DNA of 64,000 nucleotides from Octopus vulgaris (Eukaryota). The stretch lies in NCBI GenBank assembly GCA_951406725.2, contig OX597836.1, positions 16,306,001 through 16,370,000 of the forward strand, in the 5' to 3' direction. Of this stretch, positions 1 through 15,946 are shown in pieces. The notes under the pieces were generated by a model. The model worked only from the letters and a program-made list of their open reading frames with translations, did not search any database and was not told the DNA's origin. The position numbers were made by a program, and so were the translations under genes. Within the stretch, counting starts at the first letter, position 1. Every line of letters begins with the position of its first letter.

Positions 1-859
1 CTTGGTTATTTCGGTCTTATTAAATCTCCTTAGCGAAGAACAATCTAATATGAACTTAACCTGATCTGGTGACGATTGATAAGACATAGTTTCGTATGTG
101 TTTGTTTAGGGAAGTAAAGGTTGTTTGGCCGAATGGTTAACAAGTTTGCTTCGTAACAACGAGGTCTGTGTTTCGAGTACACTGCAAGACATTTTGTACA
201 AATATAATTTTCTACACCCTAGGGTTGATCTTTATCTTGTGAATGAAATTGGCCAGACGGAAATTGTATAGAAGCTCGTCAAATGGATTGTACCCGTAAT
301 TCAAAGGGTACGGATACAGGTAGAGCTTTGTTATACACGCGCACAATCACACTGTCTCACGCTGATTCTACCAGAGAATTTCGTCAAGAGAAGCACGTGT
401 CTGTGGAGTACTCGGCCGCTTAGACGTTTATGCAACGTTTATTAACTTGAGTCGAACAGCTGAACTGAATCGTTCATCGTCGAAAGGGACTGAGACCCAC
501 CACCATATATAACTGGTGCGAGTCAATTATTCACTGATTAAGAAAATTAGACAATTGTTAATGGAATGGAGTGAGTGGGGGTGGTGGTGGTGGTGGGGAA
601 ATGGTAAATTACTCAGGGATGATTTCTGCTTCAAGAATTCATAGCTAAGTGCAGACAAAGTAGTGGGCCAGAAAATAAAACAAAAATGGAAAGAAAGAAA
701 GAAAGAAAGAAAGGAAGGAAGGAAGGACTATAGCAGATTAATTGAATATTATGGTGGCATTCTCGTAGAATGTTCTGGAATCCAGTTGAACGAGGAATTG
801 CAAGATTGTGGAACATTCGTTGGCGAACTCAAGCGACAAATAATCATACTTTAAAATAT

Positions 860-918
860 GTCTCTCGCTCTCCCTTTCTCTCGCTCTCCCTTTCTCTCGC
901 TCTCCCTCTCTCTGTCCT

Positions 919-952
<34 letters not shown>

Positions 953-1216
953 TCTTTCTCTCTCTATTTCTTTCTTTCTTAGTGTTCCATTATCTGCTTT
1001 CCCTTCCCCTCCCCTACTTCCATTGTCAATTATATGTGTGTGTGTGTGTGTTTATGTGTATGTGTGTGTATGTATGTGTATGTGTGTGTGTGTGTGTGAG
1101 AGAGTGAAAGAGAGAGTTCGTGTGTGTTTGTACGCGAGAGTATGTATGTGTATAAGCGTATGTTTTTCACTCTTCAATTATTATTTACAAATGTATACCA
1201 TTTATGTTTATATGTA

Positions 1217-1297
<81 letters not shown>

Positions 1298-1919
1298 ATA
1301 TGTGTGTGTGAATGTCTGTTTATATGTATATCTGTGCCTACTTGTATGTATATGTATATATATACATATGTGTGTGTATGCGTATGTGTGCGCATGTGCA
1401 TATTCTATCAGACAAATACACAGATATGTATATAAACTTATATACATATACATCCGTACATACATAAATATACACATAAAAATATATGTGCTTTTGCATT
1501 CATATGGACTTCGCCACATACGCTTGTCTACCTACGTCCCAACCTACATACATACCTACTCACCTACACACATACATATATTACATACATATTATACATA
1601 CATACATACATACATATATTACACACATACATATATGACATACATACATACATACATATATTACACACATACATATAGAACATACATATATTACATACAT
1701 ACGTACATACATACCTACATACATACATACATACATACATGCATACATGCATATATGACATACATACATACACACATACATACATACATACATACATATA
1801 TACATACATACGTACGAACGTAGGTACGTACATGCATACGTTGCATACATAACATAGCATTACAGTATATACATATTTACATAGATGCAAATGGTAGGTA
1901 GAGAAGAGAGGCAAACCTG

Positions 1920-1967
<48 letters not shown>

Positions 1968-2137
1968 CAGACGATCATTGAAGGACTCCGTTGCGATGAA
2001 AATGTCAACGAGATGACATTTGGAAAGCTTACATTGCTATTTCAGTCCCAAAGCCAAAGTACTTGAGCTTTAAATAAATTATAATGAACCCCCGTTGATA
2101 AATATACACACATATATATATATATACATACATACAT

Positions 2138-2204
<67 letters not shown>

Positions 2205-2547
2205 CGCACATATTCAAAGATATTTGTAATGTATGTATGTATGTATACGTGCTATAACGCATGTATATATAGAAATGCATACGTACGTATAACACATGTA
2301 TGTATAAATATGAATATGTGTATGTATGGATATATAAGTACATATTTGCATATGTCTGTATATGGATATATACTCGTGTCTGTATATATGTATGTATATA
2401 AATGTATATATATGTAGACATAGATATATATATAATCATGTATACATACACACACCTACGCTTTTATACATACGTACGATATATGTACGTATGCATTTCT
2501 ATATATATATGTTATAGCATGCACACATACATACATACATACATACA

Positions 2548-2581
<34 letters not shown>

Positions 2582-2878
2582 CATACATACATTACATATC
2601 TCTTTGTATGTGTGTGTGTGTCCCAGCATATATATATGTGTGTGTGTATGCGTATGTGTGTTATAGTATACAGACACACTCGCACCCACGCATTTATTTG
2701 TGTGTGTGTGTGTCTGTGTGTGTGTGTGCGTGTGCATGTATGTATCTATATATCTATATCCAGACATACATATATATAATATATATTTGCATTTACTCAT
2801 TTATGTATATATGTGTATTTATGTGTGTGCATACGTACATATAGGTTATATATGATCTCCATATATCTATATATCGAT

Positions 2879-2953
<75 letters not shown>

Positions 2954-3560
2954 CACACACACACACACACACATTTCCACTTCCAGCGGTGGAGTAGTGA
3001 CTGGCTTGCAGGCTGTCCGGCGCGCTACCTGGCGGGATCTTCTGTTGGCCGGATGTCGGTAAGGGTCTGCGCTTGCTGCCTGCTTGTTCAGCTCCGACAT
3101 ACGAAGAACTATAACCCAATTGGTTCCAGATCAGTGCTTTTATTGGAACTTTGTACACAGAGAGAATAGACAATTGTGGTGGATGGCATGGTTGGGAAGT
3201 CGCAGAGGAAATTAATAGGTTGTTTCTAGTTAGGTACAGAAAAAAAATATCGCAAATTTTTTGTAAAAAAAGGGAAATAAATGAAATATAAAAAATAGTT
3301 TTTTTTCTTCTTGAAGCAGAGTGACTGCTTGTGATGGTGTTGGTGCTGTTAGTGGTGGCGGTTGTGATGGTGGTGGTAGTGGTGGAGGTGGTGGTGGTGT
3401 TGGTGGTGTTAGTGGTGGTGGTGTTGCAGGTAGTGGTGGCGATGTTGATGAAGACGGTGAAGATGCCGATGGTGATGTCGGTGGTAATTGTTGTTGTATT
3501 GTGGTAGTTGTGGTGTTGGTGGTGGTGGTGGTGAGGATAGTTGTTATGGTAGCGTTGTAG

Positions 3561-3591
<31 letters not shown>

Positions 3592-4010
3592 CGGTGGTGG
3601 TAGTTGTGGCGGTGACGACGGTTGTGGCACTGGTCGCAGGAACGCGTACACGTCATGTGTATTGATTAGCAGCCTGTGCATATTGGAATTGTTCTAGAAC
3701 GAGACTAGAAGAAATTAAGGAAGGAAGGAAGGAAGAAAGGAAGGAATACAGAAATGAATGAAAATGAATGAAAGAAAGAAAAGAAACGTAAAGAAAGAAA
3801 GCAAAAATAAAATGAAGCTGAAAGAAAGGTAGGAAGAGGAAGACGAGGAGAAAAGATGAAGACGGATGGAGGAGAAAGATGAAGGATGGTGATGAGGATG
3901 AGGATGAAAAAGAAGAAGAAGAAGAAGAAGAAGAAGAAGAAGAAGAAGAAGAAGAAGAAGAAGAAGAAGAAGAAGAAGAAGAAGAAGAAGAAGAAGAAGA
4001 AGAAGAAACA
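860..4010. repeat. Microsatellite field: (CT)n, (TG)n, (TA)n, (CATA)n, (GGT)n, (GAA)n
   Basis: Directly visible simple repeats. Similar fields lie at about 13680-13890, 14870-15950, 21465-21860, 23580-24400, 25875-26220, 37300-38800, 40870-41600, 51080-58300 and 61225-63410. Confidence 0.98.
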
Positions 4011-4294
4011 GTGCCAATGAGACAAATCGTCGATGAAATGAACGAACCTAAACGTCATTATGAAAATATTGATATTTACGTACGAGAATTGGTTTCATTT
4101 GCTGTTGGAATATGATGTATCCTAATTAAAAGATGGCATAACTATAGGTGCACCATCGAGACCACTACTTGCTAATGTTTGTGGATAAGCTACTTTTTGG
4201 ACAAATTGGGTTTTGAAGAGTGTAATACTATAAACTCATACACACACACACTCCCCCTCTCTCTCTCTCTATATATATATATCTATACATATAT

Positions 4295-4328
<34 letters not shown>

Positions 4329-4421
4329 GTATGTATTTAGATATTTATGTATATATGAGGGAAATTTAGCTGGTATTACTTTAGCCAACCGAGCGTTAAT
4401 TATGGTAGCCATAATAATGAT

Positions 4422-4582
4422 TTCAAATTTTCACACAAGGTGAGCAATTTCCGGGTAGAGGGTAAGTCGGTTACATCGACCTTAGTCTCAACCAGTTTCA
4501 ACTGGTGACGGACGAAACGCTGCTAAGCATTTATCCGGCGTGATAACGATTCTGCCAGCTCACCGCCTTTTTGGGAGTTAGA

Positions 4583-4617
<35 letters not shown>

Positions 4618-4655
4618 TAATAATAATAATAATAATAATAGTAATAATAATAATA

Positions 4656-4694
<39 letters not shown>

Positions 4695-4745
4695 GTAATA
4701 ATAGTAATAATAATAATAATAGTAATAATAATAATAATAATAATA

Positions 4746-4786
<41 letters not shown>

Positions 4787-4788
4787 GA

Positions 4789-4838
<50 letters not shown>

Positions 4839-4840
4839 CC

Positions 4841-4917
<77 letters not shown>

Positions 4918-5305
4918 TAACTATAGATACTGAGTTAAAATTCCGCTGAGGTCGACTTTGCCGGTCATCCTTTCGGAGTCGATGAAAGAAGTAAGAATCA
5001 AGGACTAGAGTCGCTGTAATAGATTTCCTCCTCCCCTCAATAATTACTGACCACGTGACAAGATTCGAATCCATTATAATTGTAATAGACTAAGGCAGTT
5101 AGCTGACATAATCGTTAGCACGCCGGGCAAAATGCTTAGCGGGATTTCATCCGTCTTTATATTCTGAGTTCAAATTCCGCCGAGGTCAGTTCTGCTTTTC
5201 ATCCTTTCATGGCGGATGAAATAAGTACCAGTTACGCATTGAGGTCAATGTAATCAAATAATTCCTTCCCCAAAAACTTCAGGCCTTGTGCCTTTAGTAG
5301 AAAGA
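4422..5305. mobile_element. Cluster of SINE family B copies around (AAT)n/(AGT)n/(AAC)n
   Basis: Minus-strand partial copy at 4422-4568; plus-strand copies at about 4930-5075 and 5095-5305. Confidence 0.8.
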
Positions 5306-6244
5306 GAATCTTTAGCAGAGTTCATTCTGTTACAAGCATTTACCCCATGTCTCTGGTTGGAACATACTCTCTCCCACCAGTCTCTAACGCCCTCAAATAA
5401 AATGGTCCAGGACAAGGCCTTACTTCGTAAATAAAAACGAAGGTAGAAATTAACTGGGCGACGCATTAAGTCCATCACATCGACTCCTAAAACAGAAACG
5501 GTCGCTTCGTCATACTCCACATACAGTTTGCGTCTACCAAATTTCACTCTGATACAGACACGGGGCAGTGGTAAAAGATGCTTGCCTAAGGTGCCACGTA
5601 TTGAAATTTAACCCCTTCTCTTCCCGCCAAATCGCGTCTAGTCAGGTTCACCGAAGTTAATAGAATTTCCTTCGAAATGGAGATTAGCAGAGATGCACAT
5701 TTATCTTGGAGAATCATTAGAGCATGAACAATCCAAAAATCGATGCTGGCATTTCTGCAGACAAAAATATGACCGACATTAGTTATTCTCAAGATGGCCG
5801 CCATCAAACAGGTATTTGGTGTAAAATCGGTTTCTCATCATTCTGGAAACTTCGTTAAATATGCCAATCCTATGTTCTCTGGGTCAAGGGATCTAAGAAA
5901 GGGTGGTCCGGATTATAGAAAAATTTTAAAAATATCAAGGATAGCTGTAAATTCTTGTCTTTACATTTGTGTGTAGCTGTATAAGTTCGTTTTGCAATCT
6001 AGAGGTTAAAAGTTTGATCCTATTGCGTGGCATCTTCGACAAGTACCATTTTCTGTTACCTGGGATTGATTCATACCATGTGGGTGCATAGGATAGAGAA
6101 AAGCTGTACAAAAGCCCGCGTAAGTTTTACATTCAATTCAATAGGAACTGTTTTGCCAAACACCGAGACCTACTGATTACGCCTGAAGATTACATTAACA
6201 GTAATATATATCTGTTGAATACTCAACCAATATATATCTATCTA

Positions 6245-6400
6245 TTGTCTGTCTTTATGTTCTGAGTTCAAATTCCGCCGAGATCGACTTTGCCTTTCAT
6301 CCTTTCGATAAATTAAGTACCAGTTGCGAACTGGGGTCGATCTAATCTACTGGCCTCCGCCCCCAAAAATTTCGGGCCTTGTGCCTAGAGTAGAAAAGAA
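6245..6400 (+). mobile_element. SINE family B copy (5' truncated)
   Basis: GAGTTCAAATTCCGCCGAGATCGACTTTGCCTTTCATCC...GGCCTTGTGCCTAGAGTAGAAAAG. Confidence 0.85.
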
Positions 6401-6689
6401 TATATAAATATGTATATACACATGAGGCGTGGCTAGGTGCAGGCGTGGCTGTGTGGTAAGAAACTTGCTTCTTAACCATATGGTTCACGGTTAGCAAATG
6501 GGGTTACCGTGAATACGAATAAAAATCAAAATTTACTATTAATGTATCCTCAGGCGGGAAGGAGTAGGTAAAATTATATGTGGCGCTGCTTGTACGGGTT
6601 CCCGCGACTTTCTGTCACCACCCAATTGTATTATATTATTTGAACTGGGAGCGTGAGTCATAATGAGTCTTTTAGGAGGCCACCCTTAT

Positions 6690-6900
6690 GAATGCATTGT
6701 AGTTACTCTCTCGATAGAGCGTGCCGATCCTGAACATTGATCTAAGATTCCTCCGCTCAGCATCAAGAAACAGTGTTAGCTCAGTTGAGCTCCTCCGCTG
6801 TCTCTTCACAATCAGCCACACTGCAGTCTCATAACTTCGCTGTATCACTGGCAAGATAGCTGAACGGGTACTATGCCTTCCTAGAAGTCATAGCAATTCA
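6690..6900 (+). repeat. Old dispersed repeat; inverted homologue at about 16855-17060 (possibly a decayed CR1/L2 3' region)
   Basis: AGTTACTCT..GATAGAGC..CTCTTCACAATC..GGCAAGATAGCTGAA aligns by eye with the reverse complement of 16855-17060. Confidence 0.55.
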
Positions 6901-8024
6901 CTATACAGGACACGGTCGTAACTTCGTGAGGTATTTTCGAGATACCCGTATACCCTTATACGTCTATTCAACGACCATGTAGTTGAATGTCCTGGGTGTG
7001 ACTTTAAACTATATTCGGGAGCCCCGGGGTTTTGAGAAGTGTGGAACTACTTAACCACTATTGTTCCCAGGTTTATTCTGACCCAGTGTAGTAACCCATC
7101 ATAGGGCCATAGTTATGAGGTAATTAACATATTAGGGCTTTTACACCTATGCATGTGAAGATTGGATCCGGAAGACCCTTTAGAAGAAACCTTCATGGTT
7201 CAGCGGAAGGCGACAGCGGAATCACATAGTGGAGTGAAGTGAGAAAGATGAGACAAGAAAGACATGTTGGTTGTCCATTACATCTATCGTCATCCCCATT
7301 CCCTTTGACTTGCCACTGGATTGAAGATGGTCACGGATGAAAGAGTGAGGTTGACTGTGTGTAACTCTCTACTTTAAGCAAGTTAGCAGTCATCCTTGAC
7401 GATGACTGTATGGTCCTCATCGCTCAGACGGATGAATTCGCTAGAGCGAACAATTGAAACATCATCGTCGAAACTGACGGAGAACCGTACATATATCTGC
7501 GATAATTTCTTTGAAGTTAAACAGGTTTGTAAAAGTAAGACAGTTGCTTTGTTAATTATCAGGTTGAACTCCGAAGTTCAATACACAGGATGTTGGAGTT
7601 ACGTCTAGAACCTCTTAACCACACGGCCACGCCTACCGAACGTCTCTTCAAGATATCAGTTTATCGATTTTTAAAAAAAATTGATTTTTGTCGATACAGA
7701 TCAATCACCACCAAATCTCGAAGTCTTGTGTTTAAATATAATTTAGTGGTGTACGCTTACTAAACACATGCGTCTCACATACATTTGTGTGCCTAGACGC
7801 AGAGAAACACATAAACACACACATGTGTGTGTGTGTGTGCATGTGTGTACATGTGTGAATGCGTGTGTAATCAAAGCACATATATGCATGTATAAATGTG
7901 TGTGTGTGAGTGTGTGTTTGTGTATGTATGTATACATACGTGTAATACCGGACGAGATATATACGACGCTCGGTTCAAGTCTCTCGATGGCCTGAACTAT
8001 ATACATATATATATATATATATAC

Positions 8025-8081
<57 letters not shown>

Positions 8082-8461
8082 TGCATCACTGAGTGGTTAA
8101 GCATTTCGCTTAAGTTCGACCCCACTCTGTGTTACTGCGGGTGTCTTTTAACATAAATCCGGGTCAATCGAGGTCTCATCTGCGAAATTAGGAAGACGGG
8201 AACGGTGTGGAAGCCTCATCAAACGGGCTTGAACCCATAATTCAATGGTTTGGCCATGTCAATACATTTCAACCTGATTATACCTGACAATTCCGTTAAG
8301 GGTATAAGTGCCTGAGGAGTATTCAGCTAGTTACACGACAATTCAATGAGTTGGCAGTTCATTTGAGAAGGCAACTCGAATATTCGCCTTCGATAGTGAC
8401 GGAGATCCTTATCAATTTCTGACTGCGGCCATGCTGGGGCAGTGCCTTCAATGGTTTGGTT

Positions 8462-8699
8462 CAGTGATTCTCAACCACTTTAGTCTTTGGACCCCTTTGA
8501 TTCCTGTTTTACTCGGGTGTACCCTCATAACATTTTTACATTGTAATTTTATAATTAAATATTAAAAATAATATTTTTTTAAAATTGTTAAAATATTTTG
8601 TATCCTGCAGAAGTAGGACCAATTTATCGTTCATAAGGTTTAACGACAAATAGAATATTGACCCACAAGTGTCATATGGAACTCAATTGGCAATCAATG
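8462..8699. mobile_element. hAT-type MITE inserted into a SINE remnant
   Basis: Starts CAGTGATTCTCAACC and ends in a degenerate TTGGCAATCAATG. Has an imperfect 8-bp target duplication (GTTTGGTT / GTTTAGTC) and interrupts the SINE A 3' sequence. Confidence 0.65.
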
Positions 8700-9459
8700 G
8701 TTTAGTCCATAAAATGGTGCTTGGTTCTGTTTGGTACTTATTTGTCCTACTGCTAACTTATGGCACACACGAAACGACGGAGTACCAGTTAATTCTAAAA
8801 GTAAATATTTAAGTAATAAACAAAGGCTTAACATCAGCAAATGCATCTATCACCATTTCCAACTCCGTCTGTCCACAGTACACACATAGGACTTTCTACC
8901 ATCCCACGGAAGAGTTTCTACCCCTTTTGAGAAGCTTTCTACCGTGTGCGTGTGTTTGTGTGTGTGTGTCTGTATGTTGTGTGCGAAGCCGTCACGTGAT
9001 GAGACAGACGAGATATGCAACAAGGCTTATGAGAGAATTAAGTATTATTAAACAAACTTAATTACTAGAAGGCTCAGTACTGAATGTCCGACAGATAGAA
9101 TTACTGAATGAATATATGAATGAATGCCTGAATAACTGAATATGTGAATCAAAGAATCAGTGAATTGAATTAACGAATGAATAAACTGTTGAGTCATTTC
9201 GTAGAGATTACTTAACAAGGACGTCATTTTAAAAACAAAAATAAAAAAACATTTGTTGGCTGGGAAAAGGCGGGGGGAGGGTCACGTCTTTGCAAGAGAA
9301 GGGATTTGAATGTTAAAGATTTTACATGTAAAAGAGCGTGTGTCCCTCGGCGGAAATTAATATTTCTGAAATTAAAATTGTGGAATTACTCATCGAAGGT
9401 TCCATGAAAGCGAAAAATTGATTTGTTTATAAATAATAACAACAACAACAACGATGATG

Positions 9460-10450
<991 letters not shown>

Positions 10451-11074
10451 TAATGATGGTAATGATGATGATGATGATGATGATGATGAAGATGTTGACG
10501 ACGACTAGAAGGAGGGAGAGGGGAGGAGAAGGAGGAGGAAAATTAACAATCTGGTGTGTTTAACTTAATGGCCTATCAAATGTATAGAGTTAGTTTCTTT
10601 GCCCAAGGTGTCGGTAAGACACTCGACAAGGAATGGAAACACAATTGAAGAAAGAAGAAGAAGAGAAGAAGAAGAAAAAGAAGAAGAAGAATGAGGAGGA
10701 GGAGAAGAAGAAGAAGAAGAAGAAGAAGAAGAAGAAGAAGAAGAAGAAGAAGAAGAAGAAGAAGAAGGAGACGTGAATAAATCCGAAAATATATCGCTCT
10801 CTTTTCTCAAACTCACTGTTATGTGATATCTTCCCTCCACCGTGTCTCTTGTATTGCTACTCCAACGGCATTTGTACATTTTAAAAACTTAACTACTTGT
10901 CATTCTCTCGACCTACGACTATGTTACTGACCCAGCAGTTGATTGCATATTCAAGGCGATCAGAAAGCTTGATTTAATTAATTTCTCTAACGAAATCTTT
11001 GACTAATGAAGCATAATCTGAACTTCAAAACACTCAAAAATATTGCTTAATATACATGCGTATGTATGTATGTA

Positions 11075-11147
<73 letters not shown>

Positions 11148-11390
11148 TATAAGAATAATATAACACGATGATGGGGGATATCAAGCTTTCAGAGTAGATC
11201 ACATTTTTTTCTGTGGCGCACACCTGATTAATCTTGTTGAGTTTATAGTCATATACAAATATAGAAGATCATTCTTTATAATTATCATATGGTTCAAAAT
11301 ATTCTTCAGCAACAGCCGTGTGTGGGCGCTTGCTCTAGTGGAATACATAAGAGCTCTTAAATATAAGTTACGAGGATTTTAGCTGAATTT

Positions 11391-11414
<24 letters not shown>

Positions 11415-11424
<10 letters not shown>

Positions 11425-11459
11425 CGACTCCACTAGAATGGACGAAAGCACTAATATAT
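11415..11459 (+). ncRNA. Hammerhead-like motif fused to (TA)n
   Basis: AUAUAU AUGACGA CUCCA-CUAGAA-UGGAC GAAA GCAC UA AUAUAU; C3 is missing and stem I is supplied by the TA repeat. Confidence 0.4.
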
Positions 11460-11601
11460 GATATATGATATATGATATATGATGTATAAAAATATGTGAC
11501 ATACAAATAAATATCTGTAAATATAAAACCATCCGAACTTCTGAGTACCTCATTTCTTCTAATATAAAATACCTGTACATCATCTCCAAACCTTCTGACA
11601 T

Positions 11602-11717
<116 letters not shown>

Positions 11718-11772
11718 TGTATGTATGTATGTATGTATGTATACACATCACTTGAATACCCAAATACATAGA

Positions 11773-11814
11773 AAACTCTGATGATCGCCCACGTGAAACT
11801 TTGTGTAACAGTTT
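11773..11814 (+). ncRNA. Type I hammerhead-like motif (canonical core, weakened stems)
   Basis: AAACU CUGAUGA UCG-CCCA-CGU GAAA CUUUGUG UA ACAGUUU; same architecture and stem I sequence as the CCGACGA family. Confidence 0.5.
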
Positions 11815-12139
11815 GAGAAGTTGTTCAACTTTAATAAAAAAAAAAAAAATTCGCGCACACCCACGCGCACACACATATAATTATTATTGTTACTAAACCG
11901 TCGTCGTGCTGGCAAAATTGTTGCTGCCACTGACAAAATACCTTGTGGCATCTCTTCCAGCTCCTTGCGTTCTGAAACAGCTGCTGAGTATAACTAAAGT
12001 GTGAACTTTATATGTGAAATTTATACTTTTCTGCTATTACGCAAAAATGCATATTTATATATGCGTGCATATGTATAAACGTCCGTTTATTTACCTATTC
12101 TTCAGTTCAACAATTCTACTTGTTTGTAATACATATAAC

Positions 12140-12757
12140 GTGTGTGTGTCTCTGTGTGTAATAGGTAGAAGTGCAAATCCGTTAAGCTTTTCCATATGGC
12201 TATGTATCGTCACCATATAGCAGATTTAGAGGCTAGTAGGACTTTATATGCTAACCTTGCTTTGAAACAGTTTTTATTTTAGAATGAGGGTTATATAGAG
12301 ACGATGGTCTAATCATAACGTTACGCACTTGCCCGTGTGTGTGTGTGTGTGTGTGTTTCTCTGTGTGTAATAGGTTGAAGTGCAAATCCGATAAGCTTTT
12401 CCATATGGCTATGTATCGTCACCATATAACAGATTTAGAGACTAGTAGGACTTTATATGCTAACCTTGCTTTGAAACAGTTTTTATTTTAGAATGAGGGT
12501 TATATAGAGACGATGGTCTAATCATAACGTTACGCACTTGCCCGTGTGTGTGTGTGTGTGTGTGTGTGTTTCTCTGTGTGTAATAGGTTGAAGTGCAAAT
12601 CCGATAAGCTTTTCCATATGGCTATGTATCGTCACCATATAACAGATTTAGAGACTAGTAGGACTTTATATGTTAACTTTGCTTTGAAACAAGTTTTTAT
12701 TTCAGAATGAGGGTTATATAGAGATGATGGTCTAATCATAACGTTACGCACTTGTCC
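12140..12757. repeat. Tandem repeat, three copies of about 210 bp, each joined by (TG)n
   Basis: Unit CTCTGTGTGTAATAGG...AAGCTTTTCCATATGGCTATG...ACGTTACGCACTTG starts at about 12150, 12358 and 12571; copies are near-identical. Confidence 0.95.
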
Positions 12758-13676
12758 TTTGGCCCTACCCGAGAAAGCTTAATAAGTACCCTTTGAGAGT
12801 CTATTCTTACAATTACAATTCTATGGTGAAGATTAACTAAAGTTACACTAAACATCTCACTATTTCAATATCGAAGACCATATGAAACAAGGGCTGACTA
12901 AAAACTTGAAAAAGAAAAATGTGGACGTTTAGGAAAAACTTATGAAAATGCTTTGGACAGACAAAACGTTATAAAGACAAAACAAAATCGAAAATATTAA
13001 GCTAGACTCATCAGTCATTATCATCAGTTATTCCTTATATCAACGAGTCAACTTGTCGTCATTATCCCCAACGACAACATGTCGACAAATGCCAACTCTG
13101 CTTCGCAGAGAAATAAAATATATTAACAATGAATTTAATACGATTAAATAAGTTTGAACTTGTTTCGATATGTTAAAATGAGGAACGTCATCTAATGAAA
13201 TGAATTGCAACTTAGAGAAGGATTAAATACCTGGGTCTACTCAACATAGAAAAACCAAGGGAAAAAATGTAAAAACTTTTTTAAAAAATATCTCACAAAA
13301 CCAGTAATAAATCATAATATCAACAAACTTGGTTGTCGTTTCTCCCGACTATATGGATTGACATCGCTGATAAGTTAATAATTCTGTGTTTTAATTCCGT
13401 AATTATATAAATAATGATATTTATTGGTGAAAAAAAACCGCTGTTGAGCACAATTAAATCATTAACTATACGCGTGAAATGTAAGCTATTCCGCTTTGTA
13501 TGTATGAGTGTATATACACACGTACACACATACACACACACACACACACATGTAAAGTAATTTTTATTGTTTTATATTTTAATTATATCGGTCATTATTC
13601 CTTCATTATTTTCCCTTCTTGTTTTTATTATTTTTTGATGATTACATTGATTTTTTCTATTTTTCTATTAATGTTA

Positions 13677-13889
<213 letters not shown>

Positions 13890-14016
13890 TTGGTTTTTAT
13901 GTTCGATTTATATTCATATTTTTACTTCCATTTCTTTCCTCATTTCCATATTAACTTTAAAACAATCGTTTCTTTCCTTCTGTTTACCTTATCACAGAAA
14001 ATCTCTCCAATATGTC

Positions 14017-14169
14017 CTTTGTAAGCCCAGTACTTGTTCTATCGGTCTCTTTTGCCGAACCGCTAAGTTACGGGGACGTAAACACGCCAGCATCGGTTGT
14101 CAAGCGATGTTGGAGGGGACAAACACAGACACACAAACATACATACACACATACACGCGCGCGCGCGCG

Positions 14170-14264
<95 letters not shown>

Positions 14265-14458
14265 GTATGTGTGTATGTATGTTCGTACATATATACGACG
14301 GGCTTCTTTCAGTTTCCGTCTACCAAATCCACTCACAAGGCTTTGGTCGGCCCGAGGCTATAGTAGAAGACACTTGCCCAAGGTGCCACACAGTGGGATT
14401 GAATCCGGAACCATGTGGTTCGTAAGCAAGCTACTTACCACACAGCCACTCCTACGCC
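14017..14458 (-). mobile_element. SINE family A copy (3' end truncated)
   Basis: Reverse complement of the family A sequence, including the internal microsatellite. Confidence 0.9.
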
Positions 14459-14870
14459 TATTAATAATAATAATATTATTACATAAATAATAATATCTAT
14501 TAAAGTATTAGATTTATTATGAAAAGTTTAACTTCACCGCCTATCTCTTAACATTACCGTCAACCGAAACAAATAAATGCAGATAAGGATAGATATAGAG
14601 ATAGAAATGGATATCGACAGAAATAGTGCCAGGCACAGAGACTAACGGTAATGTAAATAAGCTACTGAATATTTAAACAGATAGACATAACTGGTTGTAT
14701 AGGCAGACAGAGATGGATATCCAAACAGGAGCAAATCTATTTAAGCTGCCTAGACACTTGCAATCAGACAGATTGATAGATAGATAGATGTATGGATGTA
14801 CATAACGCTTAAAACGCTTACACGCGTGTGTGTAGATACTGACAGCCTAAGAGATACGTGTTTGTAGATG

Positions 14871-14904
<34 letters not shown>

Positions 14905-14905
14905 G

Positions 14906-15025
<120 letters not shown>

Positions 15026-15193
15026 GGATGGATAGATAGATAGATAGATGGATGGATAGATAGATAGATAGATAGATAGATCGATAGACAGACAGACAGA
15101 CAGACAGACACACACACACACACACAGATATATATATAAGGTCTCTACATGTATATACAGGTGTGTCTGTATATGCATATGTGTACATGAATG

Positions 15194-15235
<42 letters not shown>

Positions 15236-15266
15236 AAAAATGGTAAGACAACAGAAGAATATATAT

Positions 15267-15377
<111 letters not shown>

Positions 15378-15379
15378 TA

Positions 15380-15411
<32 letters not shown>

Positions 15412-15700
15412 CATGTATGTAGGTTTGTATGTATGTCATGAGCACACAGTCGAAGGACTGTCTGCCTTGTCGTGGAAATGACCCAATTGTATCCGAGTCA
15501 ACAAACAGTAAACATATGAATGGCTATTCAAGTGTGTGCGCGCGCGCATACGCACTGTCAAGTGTGTATGTGCGAGCTTTCCCTTTCCCTATTCCATACA
15601 CACATGTATGTATGTCTCTTCTATTTTTTTAATTATTATAAATCTTCCACTGAGGAGGGAGCAGGTTTGTATATATGTATGCATGTATGTATGTATATAT

Positions 15701-15734
<34 letters not shown>

Positions 15735-15832
15735 TGTATGTATGTATGTATGTATGTATGCATGTATGTATGTATGTATGTATGTATGTATGTATGTATG
15801 TATGTATGTATGTATGTATATATGTATGTATG

Positions 15833-15866
<34 letters not shown>

Positions 15867-15912
15867 TGTATGTATGTATGTATATATGTATGTATGTATA
15901 TATGTATGTATG

Positions 15913-15946
<34 letters not shown>

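Noticed and set aside
2793-3656. Minus-strand 287-aa ORF as exon 2 of the TGF-beta gene
   Set aside because: Mostly microsatellite-derived, with no prodomain motifs or cystine-knot cysteine pattern.
12140-12757. CRISPR-like array (also considered for 29941-30028 and 9686-9846)
   Set aside because: Eukaryotic context, no unique spacers and no cas genes; these are plain tandem duplications.
13005-13030. CUGAUGA on the minus strand (also CUGAAGA at about 6183, 32249 and 34656) as hammerheads
   Set aside because: No properly spaced stem II, GAAA and stem I pairing.
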